Assembly: GCA_963677015.1 (NCBI GenBank)
Contig: OY781533.1
Coordinates: 3,265,231 to 3,329,230 of the forward strand
DNA from: Planctomycetota bacterium
Lineage (GTDB): Bacteria > Planctomycetota > SZUA-567
Length of the DNA: 64,000 nt
Reading direction: 5' to 3'
Each line of letters begins with the position of its first letter. Position 1 is the stretch's first letter. Position numbers and translations under genes: made by a program. The notes under the pieces were generated by a model. It saw only the letters and a program-made list of their open reading frames with translations. It was not told the DNA's origin and ran no database searches. Shown here in pieces: positions 45,154 to 54,906 of the stretch.

Positions 45154-48100
45154 ATGCTTACGGAAAAAGTCACCCAGAAAATATCCACTCTCTCTACCGA
45201 TCTGGCAGTAGGAATTTCACTGAACGACCCGCAATCATGGCAGGAACTTGCTGAATTATGTAATGATATAAATGTCGAACTTATAGCCCAGGCTGAATTT
45301 ATTCTCTCGGATATTGTCTCCCGCGCCAAAGACATACTTGAGCATCTGGCCAACAATATGCCGACAAACATCGATACCGAGGTATCACACCTGCTCAACA
45401 TGGTATCAATCCTCAGCAGCGCTGCCGAAGATCAGACCTATGATCAGGCGCTTGCCAGAGAAATAGTTGCCAACAGCGATCTCTTTCTTTCCGATCTGGA
45501 AGATATTGCAGAATCCAACAAGATAGAGCCGGCAATCGAAATTGATGAAGAATTCATGCAGGAAATTGAAGGGCGTATAGACCATCTGGAATCACTTCTT
45601 TTCAATGTTCTGGAGGATGGATGTTTTGACACCGAGGGCTGTAAGGAGATCTTCCGCGAATTTCACACTCTCAAAGGCGAGGCCGGTATTCTCGGACTTA
45701 CTGCTTTAAGCAGCTACTGGCACGGTGTTGAAGAGGTTATTCAGGATGCCCGATCCGGCAATCTTTTCTTCTCCAGAAATTCTGTGGACATACTGCTGCA
45801 GCTGGTTAAAATCGGCAGAGATCTACTGCGTAATGGAAAATTGAAAAACTCCCAGCAGGAGGAATCACAGGAGGCAATCACACGCCTGAACAATCAGGTC
45901 GAACAGGATAGCGGTGCTACAGAAACTGTAAGCGCACCTCAAAGTTCCGGGCAGACCGCTGAAAACCCGGAGGTATCCGGCAATGATGATTTTTTCATGC
46001 CAACAGCTGATGACGACTCAGCTCCCGACGAAGAAGCAACCGAGGACTACCCGTTCAGTGCTGACAACGCAGAAGAGGATGTTACCGATGACTTCTTCAC
46101 CATGGAACCTGAAGATGAGACAACAGACGCAACTCAAACGGATGAGCATGAACCGGAAGCAATAGTATTCAACGATACGAAGAGCAGTGAACCGGCAATA
46201 CCGGAAGCAGCGCAACCTCCGGTCGAGGCCAGGCCAATCCCAAGTGCCGGCGTGCAGACAGAGCAGGCTGTTCTGAAAAATGAAACTGCGCCCGCTGATA
46301 GCGAGATACCAGACTCCGCTCAAAAAGTAAAAGCAAATCCGGTCAGTCAGACGGAAGAAAAAGAGGTTGAAACCTACTCCCTGCGCAATGTGCAGATTGA
46401 GGTAAAAAGACTCGACGAGCTTCTTGATATTGTCAGTGAAGTCTCTCTCATAGGCTCACACCTGCTTACCAATCCGGAGATAAGCGCCATAAACTCAGCA
46501 AATGGTGATCTGCAGGATCTCATGCGCTTCTGCCGCACCCTGAATGATATGGCCAGTTCCTTCCGCATGACTCCGATTGCCCCTCTTTTCCATAGAATAC
46601 AAAGAGCCGCCAATGATGCCGCACGTGCTATTGGAAAACAGGTAAATATGATTCTTGATGGACAGGACACCAAGGTCGACCGCAGTGTTGTGGAACGACT
46701 TAGTGCTGCGCTGATGCATCTGGTGCGTAATGCTGTCGGACATGGTATCGAATCAGCCAGCCGACGCCGTGAACTGAATAAACCTCCTGCCGGAAGGCTG
46801 CATTTGAGCGCGAGGCAGACCGGTGCCGATATTATAATTGAATTCAGTGATGACGGAGCCGGACTTGATATAGAAAAAATTAGAGCCAAAGCCATAAAAA
46901 CCGGCTGCATTACAGAAGATGACAACCGCAAGGATCAGGATATCCTGAATCTTATTTTCTCCAGCGGTTTTTCAACTTCAGAAGCTGTTGACGGCATCTC
47001 TGGGCGTGGCGTTGGCATGTCAATTGTTCAGGAATCAATGGACTCACTCCGCGGACGTATAGAAATTGAGAACCATCCGGGTGAAGGCGCCACCTTCAGA
47101 TTGCGCTTCCCGGTTGCACTCGCAGCGGTTGAAGCCCTGCTGGTAACCCTGGGAGACAATATAATTGCCATTCCGGTTCAGTCGGTACGCGAAACCTTCA
47201 AACTGGATAAGAAACAGCTTTCAACAGTTGAAGGCCGGGGAAATATGGTAAATGTCAGAGGCATTATAGTCCCGCTGATTAAAATGTCTGATTTTCTTGG
47301 AATTGACGGTAGAAATGATATTGAAGAAGGAGTGCTCATCCTTGTAGACGAAGGCGACAAACTCGCTGCTATTCTAGTTGATACAGTCATGGAAACCAGA
47401 CAGGTGGTTATCCGCCAGCTCGAAGGCCAGCTTAGAGACATCCCTGAAATAACCGGTTGCGCGCTACTCAGCGACAGACAGATATCACTGGTGCTTGATA
47501 TCAGACGGGTTATCGAAAATTCATATATTGCCTCTGGAAACGCCTACTCCGATGCCGGGGCAATTAAAGCCGCTTCTGAACGCAAAGTTGAAGTCGTAAC
47601 TATCGGCTCCAATGCTGTAGGTATAATTGACTTTGTCGTCAAATCATACAAACCTGACGGCAGTATAAAGAATCATAAATTTGCTATCAATGCCTTTAAG
47701 ACCAAAGAATTTGTACCGGTGACAACACTTACTCCAGTACCGGACATGCCCAAGGGTTTCGCCGGTATGCTACTGTTGCGTGATCAGACAATTCCGGTAA
47801 TGTCACTAGATATGCTGCTGGGTCTGCATAAAGACGGCAAACGCCATAGCGAATTTGAAAAAATCATCATCATCTGTGAATTTTCAGGGGTAACGGTTGG
47901 CTTTATTGTTACCGAGGTAAACAGTGTAAGCTATATTTCCTGGAATAATATTTCTCCGCCGCCGCAAGGAGGCCCACTTATCTCACTGAACTATGTTATC
48001 GGCACAATACAGATGTCTTCTATCGATACAGCAAGCCATCACAATCAGAACACCAAAAATTCTGATGAGGTCGCGCTGCTGCTGGATTTTGAACAGATAG

Positions 48101-48564
48101 TGCAGCAGGTAATCAAGCTCTATGATGATATAGGTGACAGTCTCGCAGAAATAACTTTGCGCAAGGATATTACCAAGATACTTCTGGTCGAGGATTCACT
48201 GCTTATCAGACGTGAAACTGCCAAAGCACTCAAGAACCATAATATCGAAGTTATTGAAGCCGGAGACGGCAAGGAAGCTCAGGAGATACTTGAAAATCTT
48301 TATCAGCAGTCAAAAGCTGACCAGAAGAGCATATTCAATTATATAGATCTTATCTTATCTGATATTGAAATGCCGCGAATGGACGGATACAGTCTTACTC
48401 AATATGTTAAGAGTCATCAGGATCTCAGACTTCTGCCGGTACTGCTGCACAGTTCGCTGACCAATGACACCATTGTCAACAGAGCCAAGGAAGTACATGC
48501 GGACGGATTTGTACCCAAATGTGACCCTGAAAAACTGGTCGAACACCTGAGGAAATTTATCTGA
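45154..48564 (+). CDS. cheA: Hybrid chemotaxis histidine kinase CheA with extra CheW-like domain and C-terminal receiver (CheA-CheV type fusion)
   Basis: 1136 aa. Hpt FREFHTLKGEAGILGL; an acidic ~150-aa linker; dimerisation/HATPase (HLVRNAVGHGIE, SDDGAGLD, GRGVGMSIV); P5 CheW-like (LLVTLGDNIIAIPVQSV); a second CheW-like domain (FAINAFKTKEFVP...GMLLLRDQTIPVMSL); and a canonical REC domain (ILLVEDS...LILSDIEMPRMDG...HSS...VPK). Confidence 0.88.
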   Translation: MLTEKVTQKISTLSTDLAVGISLNDPQSWQELAELCNDINVELIAQAEFILSDIVSRAKDILEHLANNMPTNIDTEVSHLLNMVSILSSAAEDQTYDQALAREIVANSDLFLSDLEDIAESNKIEPAIEIDEEFMQEIEGRIDHLESLLFNVLEDGCFDTEGCKEIFREFHTLKGEAGILGLTALSSYWHGVEEVIQDARSGNLFFSRNSVDILLQLVKIGRDLLRNGKLKNSQQEESQEAITRLNNQVEQDSGATETVSAPQSSGQTAENPEVSGNDDFFMPTADDDSAPDEEATEDYPFSADNAEEDVTDDFFTMEPEDETTDATQTDEHEPEAIVFNDTKSSEPAIPEAAQPPVEARPIPSAGVQTEQAVLKNETAPADSEIPDSAQKVKANPVSQTEEKEVETYSLRNVQIEVKRLDELLDIVSEVSLIGSHLLTNPEISAINSANGDLQDLMRFCRTLNDMASSFRMTPIAPLFHRIQRAANDAARAIGKQVNMILDGQDTKVDRSVVERLSAALMHLVRNAVGHGIESASRRRELNKPPAGRLHLSARQTGADIIIEFSDDGAGLDIEKIRAKAIKTGCITEDDNRKDQDILNLIFSSGFSTSEAVDGISGRGVGMSIVQESMDSLRGRIEIENHPGEGATFRLRFPVALAAVEALLVTLGDNIIAIPVQSVRETFKLDKKQLSTVEGRGNMVNVRGIIVPLIKMSDFLGIDGRNDIEEGVLILVDEGDKLAAILVDTVMETRQVVIRQLEGQLRDIPEITGCALLSDRQISLVLDIRRVIENSYIASGNAYSDAGAIKAASERKVEVVTIGSNAVGIIDFVVKSYKPDGSIKNHKFAINAFKTKEFVPVTTLTPVPDMPKGFAGMLLLRDQTIPVMSLDMLLGLHKDGKRHSEFEKIIIICEFSGVTVGFIVTEVNSVSYISWNNISPPPQGGPLISLNYVIGTIQMSSIDTASHHNQNTKNSDEVALLLDFEQIVQQVIKLYDDIGDSLAEITLRKDITKILLVEDSLLIRRETAKALKNHNIEVIEAGDGKEAQEILENLYQQSKADQKSIFNYIDLILSDIEMPRMDGYSLTQYVKSHQDLRLLPVLLHSSLTNDTIVNRAKEVHADGFVPKCDPEKLVEHLRKFI

Positions 48565-48615
48565 CCGTCACAATCCAACTGTTATATCGTCTCTATGATA
48601 TTATAATATAATAAC

Positions 48616-48647
48616 AACAGTTGCATCTCTTTTGAGGCGCAACTGTT
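48616..48647. terminator. Hairpin, possible terminator shared by cheA (+) and a small minus-strand ORF
   Basis: 9-bp perfect stem AACAGTTGC / GCAACTGTT with a 14-nt loop, 52 nt after the cheA stop. The T-tract is weak (TTTAAAATT). Confidence 0.4.
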
Positions 48648-48657
48648 TAAAATTCTT

Positions 48658-48834
48658 CTAACAACCGGATTCAGCAGATATTTTGGGAATCATTTTAAGA
48701 TTATACTTCTCACAAAACTGCTGATAATCCATCTCTTCTTCCTGCGGAATTAGCGGTGAATCCCATGAAGTATTGACCCGCATGATGTAACAATTATGAA
48801 GTTCTACTAATTTTCTGTCTTTTGTCTTTTTCAT
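48658..48834 (-). CDS. Possible small ORF (58 aa), hypothetical
   Basis: Below the track cutoff. The reverse complement reads ATG(48834) MKKTKDRKLVELHNCYIMRVNTSWDSPLIPQEEEMDYQQFCEKYNLKMIPKISAESGC, stopping at TAG 48660..48658. No clear RBS and no recognisable family. Confidence 0.2.
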   Translation of the reverse strand: MKKTKDRKLVELHNCYIMRVNTSWDSPLIPQEEEMDYQQFCEKYNLKMIPKISAESGC

Positions 48835-49218
48835 TTTAAATACACCTGTAATTATATCTCTTATACATCCTGAAAATATATGACAAACTATTTAAACGGC
48901 ACCACAGACACAGCAGCAGTAAACACATTTTCTGCCTGCAAATATTATTGAAAATACATTTATAATACTTATTCAAAATATCAATTATGCTCTTTAAATA
49001 GTACTGTATCAGAGGTTATGATAAAAGCTTTCCCCTTGGAATATATACCCCGTGTGGTTGCTTTATTTTGGAATTTTTGGAAATTCCAGTGTGATGTTAT
49101 GTTATGTTTTACTTCGTTTGTTTGTCATGCTATGATTTACATGGAACAGAGCATAATCCGCAAGAAAAACCTGCCATAACCCCTTATACAGATACTAAAA
49201 TTCAAAAAACTTTCTCTT

Positions 49219-50649
49219 TTATTTGCTTTCTGCTTCCATCTTATCCAGACGGATAACTTCTACACCAAGCATCTTACACACCATTTCAATCTCATGAGTC
49301 ACATCACCATAAACCGCATGGCAGTGATTGGCATCAAACTCTTCCAGGAACAGTTCATGGCTGAATGGAAGCTTTGCAAAATTATGAGGCCATTCCTTGG
49401 TTGTTTCAGCCATCTTCGTTTCAGCCAGTTCAACCAGTTCAACTGGGAAAAGCACCATCCGGTATTCACCCTTTACCCGGCAGAGTCTGGCAACAGTTGC
49501 CGCTCCAGCCTTGGTCATACAGTTTACATGTGCTCCACCACCACTGTAGATATCAAGTGCAGGGTACAGAGTAACATTCTTCAGATTCTCCTCAGGCACA
49601 TCGGATCTTCCAGCATAATATGTTGATTGTGATCCACAGTTGCAGAATACCATAACCTCTTCTTCTGCATCCCAGTGTCTGATATCCATAAAGATCACCG
49701 GACCGCCACTAATTGTTTTTAAGATCTGCATGGTCAGCGCTGCATCAGAATCCGCCTCACAGGCAAAGACGACTGGTTCCTTTGCCCCGTCCCAGTCATA
49801 TGGGTCATTCATAAATGCCGCACTCAGGCACTGTGTGCAGTAGTGACGACTCATCTCGTAATGACATTTTACCCCTAGGAAGTCCAGCTTATTCTTCTTG
49901 ACCAGTTCCTTGGTTGCCTCATAATGTCGTATCTGAGTCTTGAGCTTTTCAGGTGTCAGCTGTTTGCCGTCATACTCAATCGATTTCACCCGCTCAGAAA
50001 GCCATTTGAAAGCCTTCTCAACCTGCGCTTCAGGAATAGTCTCGGCCACACGCAGAATTTCAGACTGATCAATATGTTCAATATCAACTCCGAACTGATC
50101 CATCCAGTCCTGCATACTTACCGTCGCACTGTACATTCCCAGACTTCTTCCGCCGACAAGTCCATAAGTCTGACCCTTGAGGCTGCTCACAGCATAGGCA
50201 CATTTGGCAAATTCAAGGTATTTGGCAAGCACGTCAGCTTCTTTAATATCACCGGCTACTCTGAAATGATTGATTCCCAGGTGGTTGAGCGCTCCTCCAG
50301 CGGCAAGCATGGCAACCATGCCCGGCCAGTCAGGATTAAGATTAGCCGCCAGCAGAATAGGAGTACTGCTGAACTTTGCCGCAACAGCCGAGAAATTTGG
50401 AAAACTGAATACACCATAAGAGAAAATAACACCATCTACATCTGACTGTGCCAGTTCGTTAGCCATATTTTTAGCAAGTTCAACAGAATTAACCAATGTA
50501 GAAGCAACAACGACCTCGACAGCATCACTCGCCGTCAGTGCCGCTACAATCGCATCAAGCTGAGCCTGAACAATATCCTTCAGCTCCTCATGCACCCCTT
50601 CATCACCATCAGAAAAACCAACGACACCAACTCTTGGCTTACGAATCAT
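49219..50649 (-). CDS. L-fucose/L-arabinose isomerase family protein (short FucI-like, COG2407 type)
   Basis: 476 aa. N-terminal PRVGVVGFSDGDEGVHEE and later FACEADSDAALTMQIL, FMDIRHWD and CNCGSQS segments resemble the FucI-like sugar isomerase family. An IclR regulator gene is divergent from it. Confidence 0.6.
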   Translation of the reverse strand: MIRKPRVGVVGFSDGDEGVHEELKDIVQAQLDAIVAALTASDAVEVVVASTLVNSVELAKNMANELAQSDVDGVIFSYGVFSFPNFSAVAAKFSSTPILLAANLNPDWPGMVAMLAAGGALNHLGINHFRVAGDIKEADVLAKYLEFAKCAYAVSSLKGQTYGLVGGRSLGMYSATVSMQDWMDQFGVDIEHIDQSEILRVAETIPEAQVEKAFKWLSERVKSIEYDGKQLTPEKLKTQIRHYEATKELVKKNKLDFLGVKCHYEMSRHYCTQCLSAAFMNDPYDWDGAKEPVVFACEADSDAALTMQILKTISGGPVIFMDIRHWDAEEEVMVFCNCGSQSTYYAGRSDVPEENLKNVTLYPALDIYSGGGAHVNCMTKAGAATVARLCRVKGEYRMVLFPVELVELAETKMAETTKEWPHNFAKLPFSHELFLEEFDANHCHAVYGDVTHEIEMVCKMLGVEVIRLDKMEAESK

Positions 50650-51036
50650 CTCTTTCTCCTCTTAACAAATTCAAATATCATATATGAAATTACCATCTCA
50701 CATATGATAATACACCCCAAATTCCCCTTTGTCAAATATTTTGTTACCACAATCTACACCAGACCACTTAACTCACTATCAGGGTAACACATAACCACCT
50801 GCGCTCAAATAATTTACAATGTGTTTACCAATGCATGCTTTTTAAAATAAATTGATATTTTTTTTTATCTGCAAATCAACCTGTATTTTCAGACCGAGAG
50901 GCTTCATCCGGCAAATACGTTGTAAATATCACTTGACATTGATTGATACTAAATTAAACTAGAGCAAAATCATTAATTACTGGAATACCAATAACCAATA
51001 TCATGATTATCATCCAACAACCTGTTTCACTGCAAC

Positions 51037-51093
51037 CAGTTATTAATATTAAGCAGCCAAAAATCTCTGTTTGATATCACTCTTTAATAACTG
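51037..51093. promoter_or_regulatory. Inverted repeat CAGTTATTAA-N37-TTAATAACTG in the isomerase/iclR divergent region
   Basis: Perfect 10-bp arms at 51037..51046 and 51084..51093, extendable to 14/17 matches, ~105 nt upstream of the iclR-family start. Function unknown. Confidence 0.25.
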
Positions 51094-51197
51094 CCTGCAA
51101 CTAGAAAAACATTAATCAATCCCCAGCACCCCGGTATCACTAACACCCGGAAAGCAGAGGATTTAAGAGCAGCCAACTTAATTGAGGTAATCAAATT

Positions 51198-51983
51198 ATG
51201 CAAAACGAAAAGTGTGCAGTCCCGTCTGTTGAAAGAACCATAATTATTCTTGAATTTTTAGGTGAGCAATCAACGCCTGTAAGCATGAAAGAACTTTCCG
51301 GTTCACTTGGTCTTCCCAATGCCTCAGTATTTAGAATTGTTAAATACCTGGTTGGAGCAGGATACATCTGCGAGCACCAGGGAACTCTGACAACCTATAG
51401 CCTCGGCATCAAAGTTTTACAACTGGCACAAAAAGCCAGCCATCAGATAGACATCAGCAGAGTATCCAAAGACATTATGCTCAATCTTGCGGAAAAATCC
51501 GCCCAGACCTGCCAGCTGGCAGTACTTTCTGCCGAAAAAATAATGTATATTGATCAGAGCCTGCCTTCATCATATCCGGTAAGCATTATCGCTCCGTTGC
51601 ACACCCCGATGTCGGCAAATCTCAGTGCTACCGGTAAAGTCCTCTACGCTTTTTCAGATAAAACCGAACAGGAAAGGCTGTTGAAACACCTTATACTGGA
51701 GAAAAAAACCGACAAGAGCGTAAGCACCAAAAAAGATTTTATTGCCAGCCTTCCAGCCATAAAGAAAGCCGGCTACGCCACTGATATAGAAGAATACGCC
51801 TTAGGAATAGGGTGTATCGGCGCACCGATATTTGATCATACCGGGAGAGTAATTGCCGCCATCGGTCTGACCGGACACATCGCTGACTACACCGACCATA
51901 AGCAATTCGCAAAAATTAAAGCACTCTCAATCGCTGCCGGTCTTGAAATCTCCTCCAGACTCGGCTATCAGCGAGACGCGTAA
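51198..51983 (+). CDS. IclR-family transcriptional regulator
   Basis: 261 aa. N-terminal wHTH SVERTIIILEFLGEQSTPVSMKELSGSLGLPNASVFRIVKYLVGAGYI and a C-terminal IclR effector domain (GIGCIGAPIFDHTGRVIAAIGLTG). Confidence 0.85.
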   Translation: MQNEKCAVPSVERTIIILEFLGEQSTPVSMKELSGSLGLPNASVFRIVKYLVGAGYICEHQGTLTTYSLGIKVLQLAQKASHQIDISRVSKDIMLNLAEKSAQTCQLAVLSAEKIMYIDQSLPSSYPVSIIAPLHTPMSANLSATGKVLYAFSDKTEQERLLKHLILEKKTDKSVSTKKDFIASLPAIKKAGYATDIEEYALGIGCIGAPIFDHTGRVIAAIGLTGHIADYTDHKQFAKIKALSIAAGLEISSRLGYQRDA

Positions 51984-52043
51984 GCTCCTATATTCACTAT
52001 TCAACAATGACCGAAAATAGCGATAAAAAAATCAGCTAACCAC

Positions 52044-52072
52044 TTGCAATTACCACACTTTATCGCTATATT
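52044..52072 (+). promoter_or_regulatory. Candidate sigma-70-type promoter upstream of fusA
   Basis: TTGCAA (52044..52049), 17-nt spacer, TATATT (52067..52072), about 95 nt before the fusA ATG. It is flanked by GCGATAA/TTATCGC repeats. Confidence 0.35.
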
Positions 52073-52167
52073 TATATCTCTTAGTCACTTTAATAACCAC
52101 CACAGAAGCAGGTTATCGCTTTCAAACATGCGATAAGTCCTTCTGTTATAACAAATTAAGGAAACCT

Positions 52168-54246
52168 ATGAGTGCAAAAAACACTCCGCTGGGGAATATT
52201 CGGAATATCGGCATCATTGCTCACATTGATGCTGGTAAGACGACTACCACCGAGCGAATTCTATATTATTCAGGTAAAGAACACCGCATGGGCGAGGTCC
52301 ATGAGGGTACTGCCATCATGGATTATATGCAGGATGAACAGGAACGCGGCATAACCATCACCTCTGCAGCAACCACTTTTTTCTGGCAGAAGCATCAGGT
52401 AAACCTTATCGATACCCCGGGACACGTTGATTTCACCGCCGAGGTGGAGCGAAGTTTGCGTGTTCTTGACGGCGCAGTCGCAGTTTTCTGCGGTGTTGGC
52501 GGTGTGGAAGCACAGTCCGAGACCGTCTGGCGTCAGGCCGACCGCTATCACGTACCGCGTGTTGCCTTCATCAATAAACTGGACCGTTCCGGCGCTGAGG
52601 TAGAGCATGTGCTTCAGGAAATGCGCGAACGTCTGGCGGCACATCCTTTACAGCTTCAGCTGCCTATCGGTCTGGAGGATGAGTTCAAAGGTGTGATTGA
52701 TATCATAAATATGACTCAGATCATCTATGATGATGAGACCGGTGAAACCTTTACCACCTCCGCTATCAGCGAAGAATACTTAGAAGAAGCAGAACTGCAT
52801 CGTCTGCACCTGCTGGAAACGGTAGCCGAATCCGATGAAGAACTTATGGAGAAGTATCTCACCGAAGATACCCTGAGCACCGATGACATCAAAGCCGGCA
52901 TTAGAAAACTGACTGTTGACCGCAAAATAACCCCGGTACTTCTCGGATCGTCACTGCGAAACAAGGGAGTGCAACCACTTCTTGATGCGATTGTAGATTT
53001 TCTGCCGTCTCCTAAGGATGTTCCTGAAATGACCGGACACGATCCTGAAGATCATAATATTACTTTCAGCTGCAAGCCGTCACGGAAAGAGCCGTTCTGT
53101 GCCCTTGCCTTCAAGATAACCGATGACCAGCACGGTCCGCTGACCTTCCTGCGAATTTACTCAGGAGAACTGAATGAAGGCGACCGGGTTATTGTCAGTT
53201 CATCAAAGCGAAAAGAACGTGCCAGCCGCATCTGGCGCATGCATGCCGATCACCGGGACCGCGAAAAAGTTGTAGGACCGGGTGAAATTGTCGGCGTCAG
53301 CGGTTTCAAATTCGCGGCTACCGGTGACACGGTCTGCGCCGAAGGCGCCCAGCTTATAGAACTCGAACCGCCAAAATTCCCGGCAACAGTTATCAGTATG
53401 GCTGTAGAACCGCGCAGCAACGACGATCGTGATAAACTTATGGAGGTTCTGCAGAAACTTTCAAGAGAAGATCCAACTTTCAACTACCGTACAGACGACG
53501 AGACCGGCCAGCTTATTCTTTCCGGTATGGGTGAACTGCACCTTGATATTATAGCAACCCGCATTACCCGCGATTATAAGGTTGCCTGCAATACCGGTAA
53601 TCCGCGTGTTACTTACCGTGAAGCGGTTGTCGGCAGCGGTAAAGGCGTTGGCGAATTTGAACAGACAATGGGCGGTAAAGACCATTATGCCAAAGTGGAG
53701 CTGAATGTCAGCAGGATCAGCAGCAGCGAACCTGAACTGAAGATAAGTGCTCCGGAAAGCGTTATAAATCCGTACTCACATCAGGCGATAACCGACGGTT
53801 TCAATGGCGGGTGCATTTCAGGTCCGCTCGGTGGCTACCCTATAATCCAGATAGCGGTAGATGTCACCTCAGGTGCCACCCGGGAAGGCTGGGAAAGCGA
53901 GGTTGCCTTCACCGCCGCTACCGAAGCAGCAATGCGTGATGCAATCAATAAAGCCGGCGCTGAACTTATGGAACCGATCATGTCCCTTGAGGTTACAACC
54001 CCCGATGAATTTATGGGCGGTATTATCCATGATCTTAATGGCCGCCGCTGCGAAATACAGGAGATTGGAGACCGCGGCAATATGAAGGTTGTTCATGCCA
54101 AAGCTCCACTTGCGGAAATGTTCGGCTACGCCACAGTCGTGCGCGGCCTGTCAACCGGACGTGCCAGCTACAGCATGGAACCCTTTGCCTTTGCTCCGGT
54201 TCCGCGCAAAAAATGGTCTGACATTCTTGGATATGATCCTGAGTAA
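52168..54246 (+). CDS. fusA: Translation elongation factor G
   Basis: 692 aa. G1 [16 protein letters not shown]2 region ERGITI, G3 DTPGHVDF, G4 NKLD, plus full-length domains II-V. Confidence 0.93.
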   Translation: MSAKNTPLGNIRNIGIIAHIDAGKTTTTERILYYSGKEHRMGEVHEGTAIMDYMQDEQERGITITSAATTFFWQKHQVNLIDTPGHVDFTAEVERSLRVLDGAVAVFCGVGGVEAQSETVWRQADRYHVPRVAFINKLDRSGAEVEHVLQEMRERLAAHPLQLQLPIGLEDEFKGVIDIINMTQIIYDDETGETFTTSAISEEYLEEAELHRLHLLETVAESDEELMEKYLTEDTLSTDDIKAGIRKLTVDRKITPVLLGSSLRNKGVQPLLDAIVDFLPSPKDVPEMTGHDPEDHNITFSCKPSRKEPFCALAFKITDDQHGPLTFLRIYSGELNEGDRVIVSSSKRKERASRIWRMHADHRDREKVVGPGEIVGVSGFKFAATGDTVCAEGAQLIELEPPKFPATVISMAVEPRSNDDRDKLMEVLQKLSREDPTFNYRTDDETGQLILSGMGELHLDIIATRITRDYKVACNTGNPRVTYREAVVGSGKGVGEFEQTMGGKDHYAKVELNVSRISSSEPELKISAPESVINPYSHQAITDGFNGGCISGPLGGYPIIQIAVDVTSGATREGWESEVAFTAATEAAMRDAINKAGAELMEPIMSLEVTTPDEFMGGIIHDLNGRRCEIQEIGDRGNMKVVHAKAPLAEMFGYATVVRGLSTGRASYSMEPFAFAPVPRKKWSDILGYDPE

Positions 54247-54337
54247 TTAAAAGAAGTTTTAAATATTACCGCTCTGACTGCTGATATTTAAAACTAATTT
54301 TTATCCGGCAGTTATCTGCCGAGAAAGTGAAAGAATC

Positions 54338-54814
54338 ATGATATTTAAACGGTCACTAGCCCTGCTCGCAATTACAGCGATACTGCTGCTCACTGGCTGC
54401 ACCGCAACACCGGAAACAAATACCGTTTCAACACTTCCTGAACCGGAAGTTGCCAAAGCGGAAGCGAAAGAAGCGCTGAGAAACTGGCAGACACTCCTGG
54501 AGACCGGTCAGAATGCCGAATTTATCAAGGCAAGTATGCCGGAAGAAGTTTACCAGATGTCAGTTACAGAAGACGGAGCGCTCAAGGAAGAGGTTGTTGA
54601 TAAATTAAGAGCCTTTGCTCCCAGGATTGTTAACGCCCTCAATGAGGCACAGTTTATTCAGCCTGAGATATCAGGTGATAATGTAGTCTTTACATATAAT
54701 GATATACATAGCTCAAACGGTTTCTTTAAAAATGAAAAAATCTATCTGAGCAAGAGCAACGGTCGCTGGTACTTCAACGGGCAGATGCTCCAGCAGGTCG
54801 CCGAACCGCAATAG
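54338..54814 (+). CDS. Hypothetical lipoprotein
   Basis: 158 aa. Signal plus lipobox MIFKRSLALLAITAILLLTGC. No recognisable domain. Inserted between fusA and tuf. Confidence 0.5.
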   Translation: MIFKRSLALLAITAILLLTGCTATPETNTVSTLPEPEVAKAEAKEALRNWQTLLETGQNAEFIKASMPEEVYQMSVTEDGALKEEVVDKLRAFAPRIVNALNEAQFIQPEISGDNVVFTYNDIHSSNGFFKNEKIYLSKSNGRWYFNGQMLQQVAEPQ

Positions 54815-54906
54815 AGAAGAAACAACCGATATAGAATTATTATTGTTAAGATAATTTAGATATAAATTAAGTAGTTTGATTTGTTATTTTTTTTAGGAGA
54901 TTTATA

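Noticed and set aside
46374-46931. 185-aa minus-strand ORF inside cheA
   Set aside because: It overlaps the HATPase domain, which has unmistakable motifs on the plus strand, so it is a shadow ORF.
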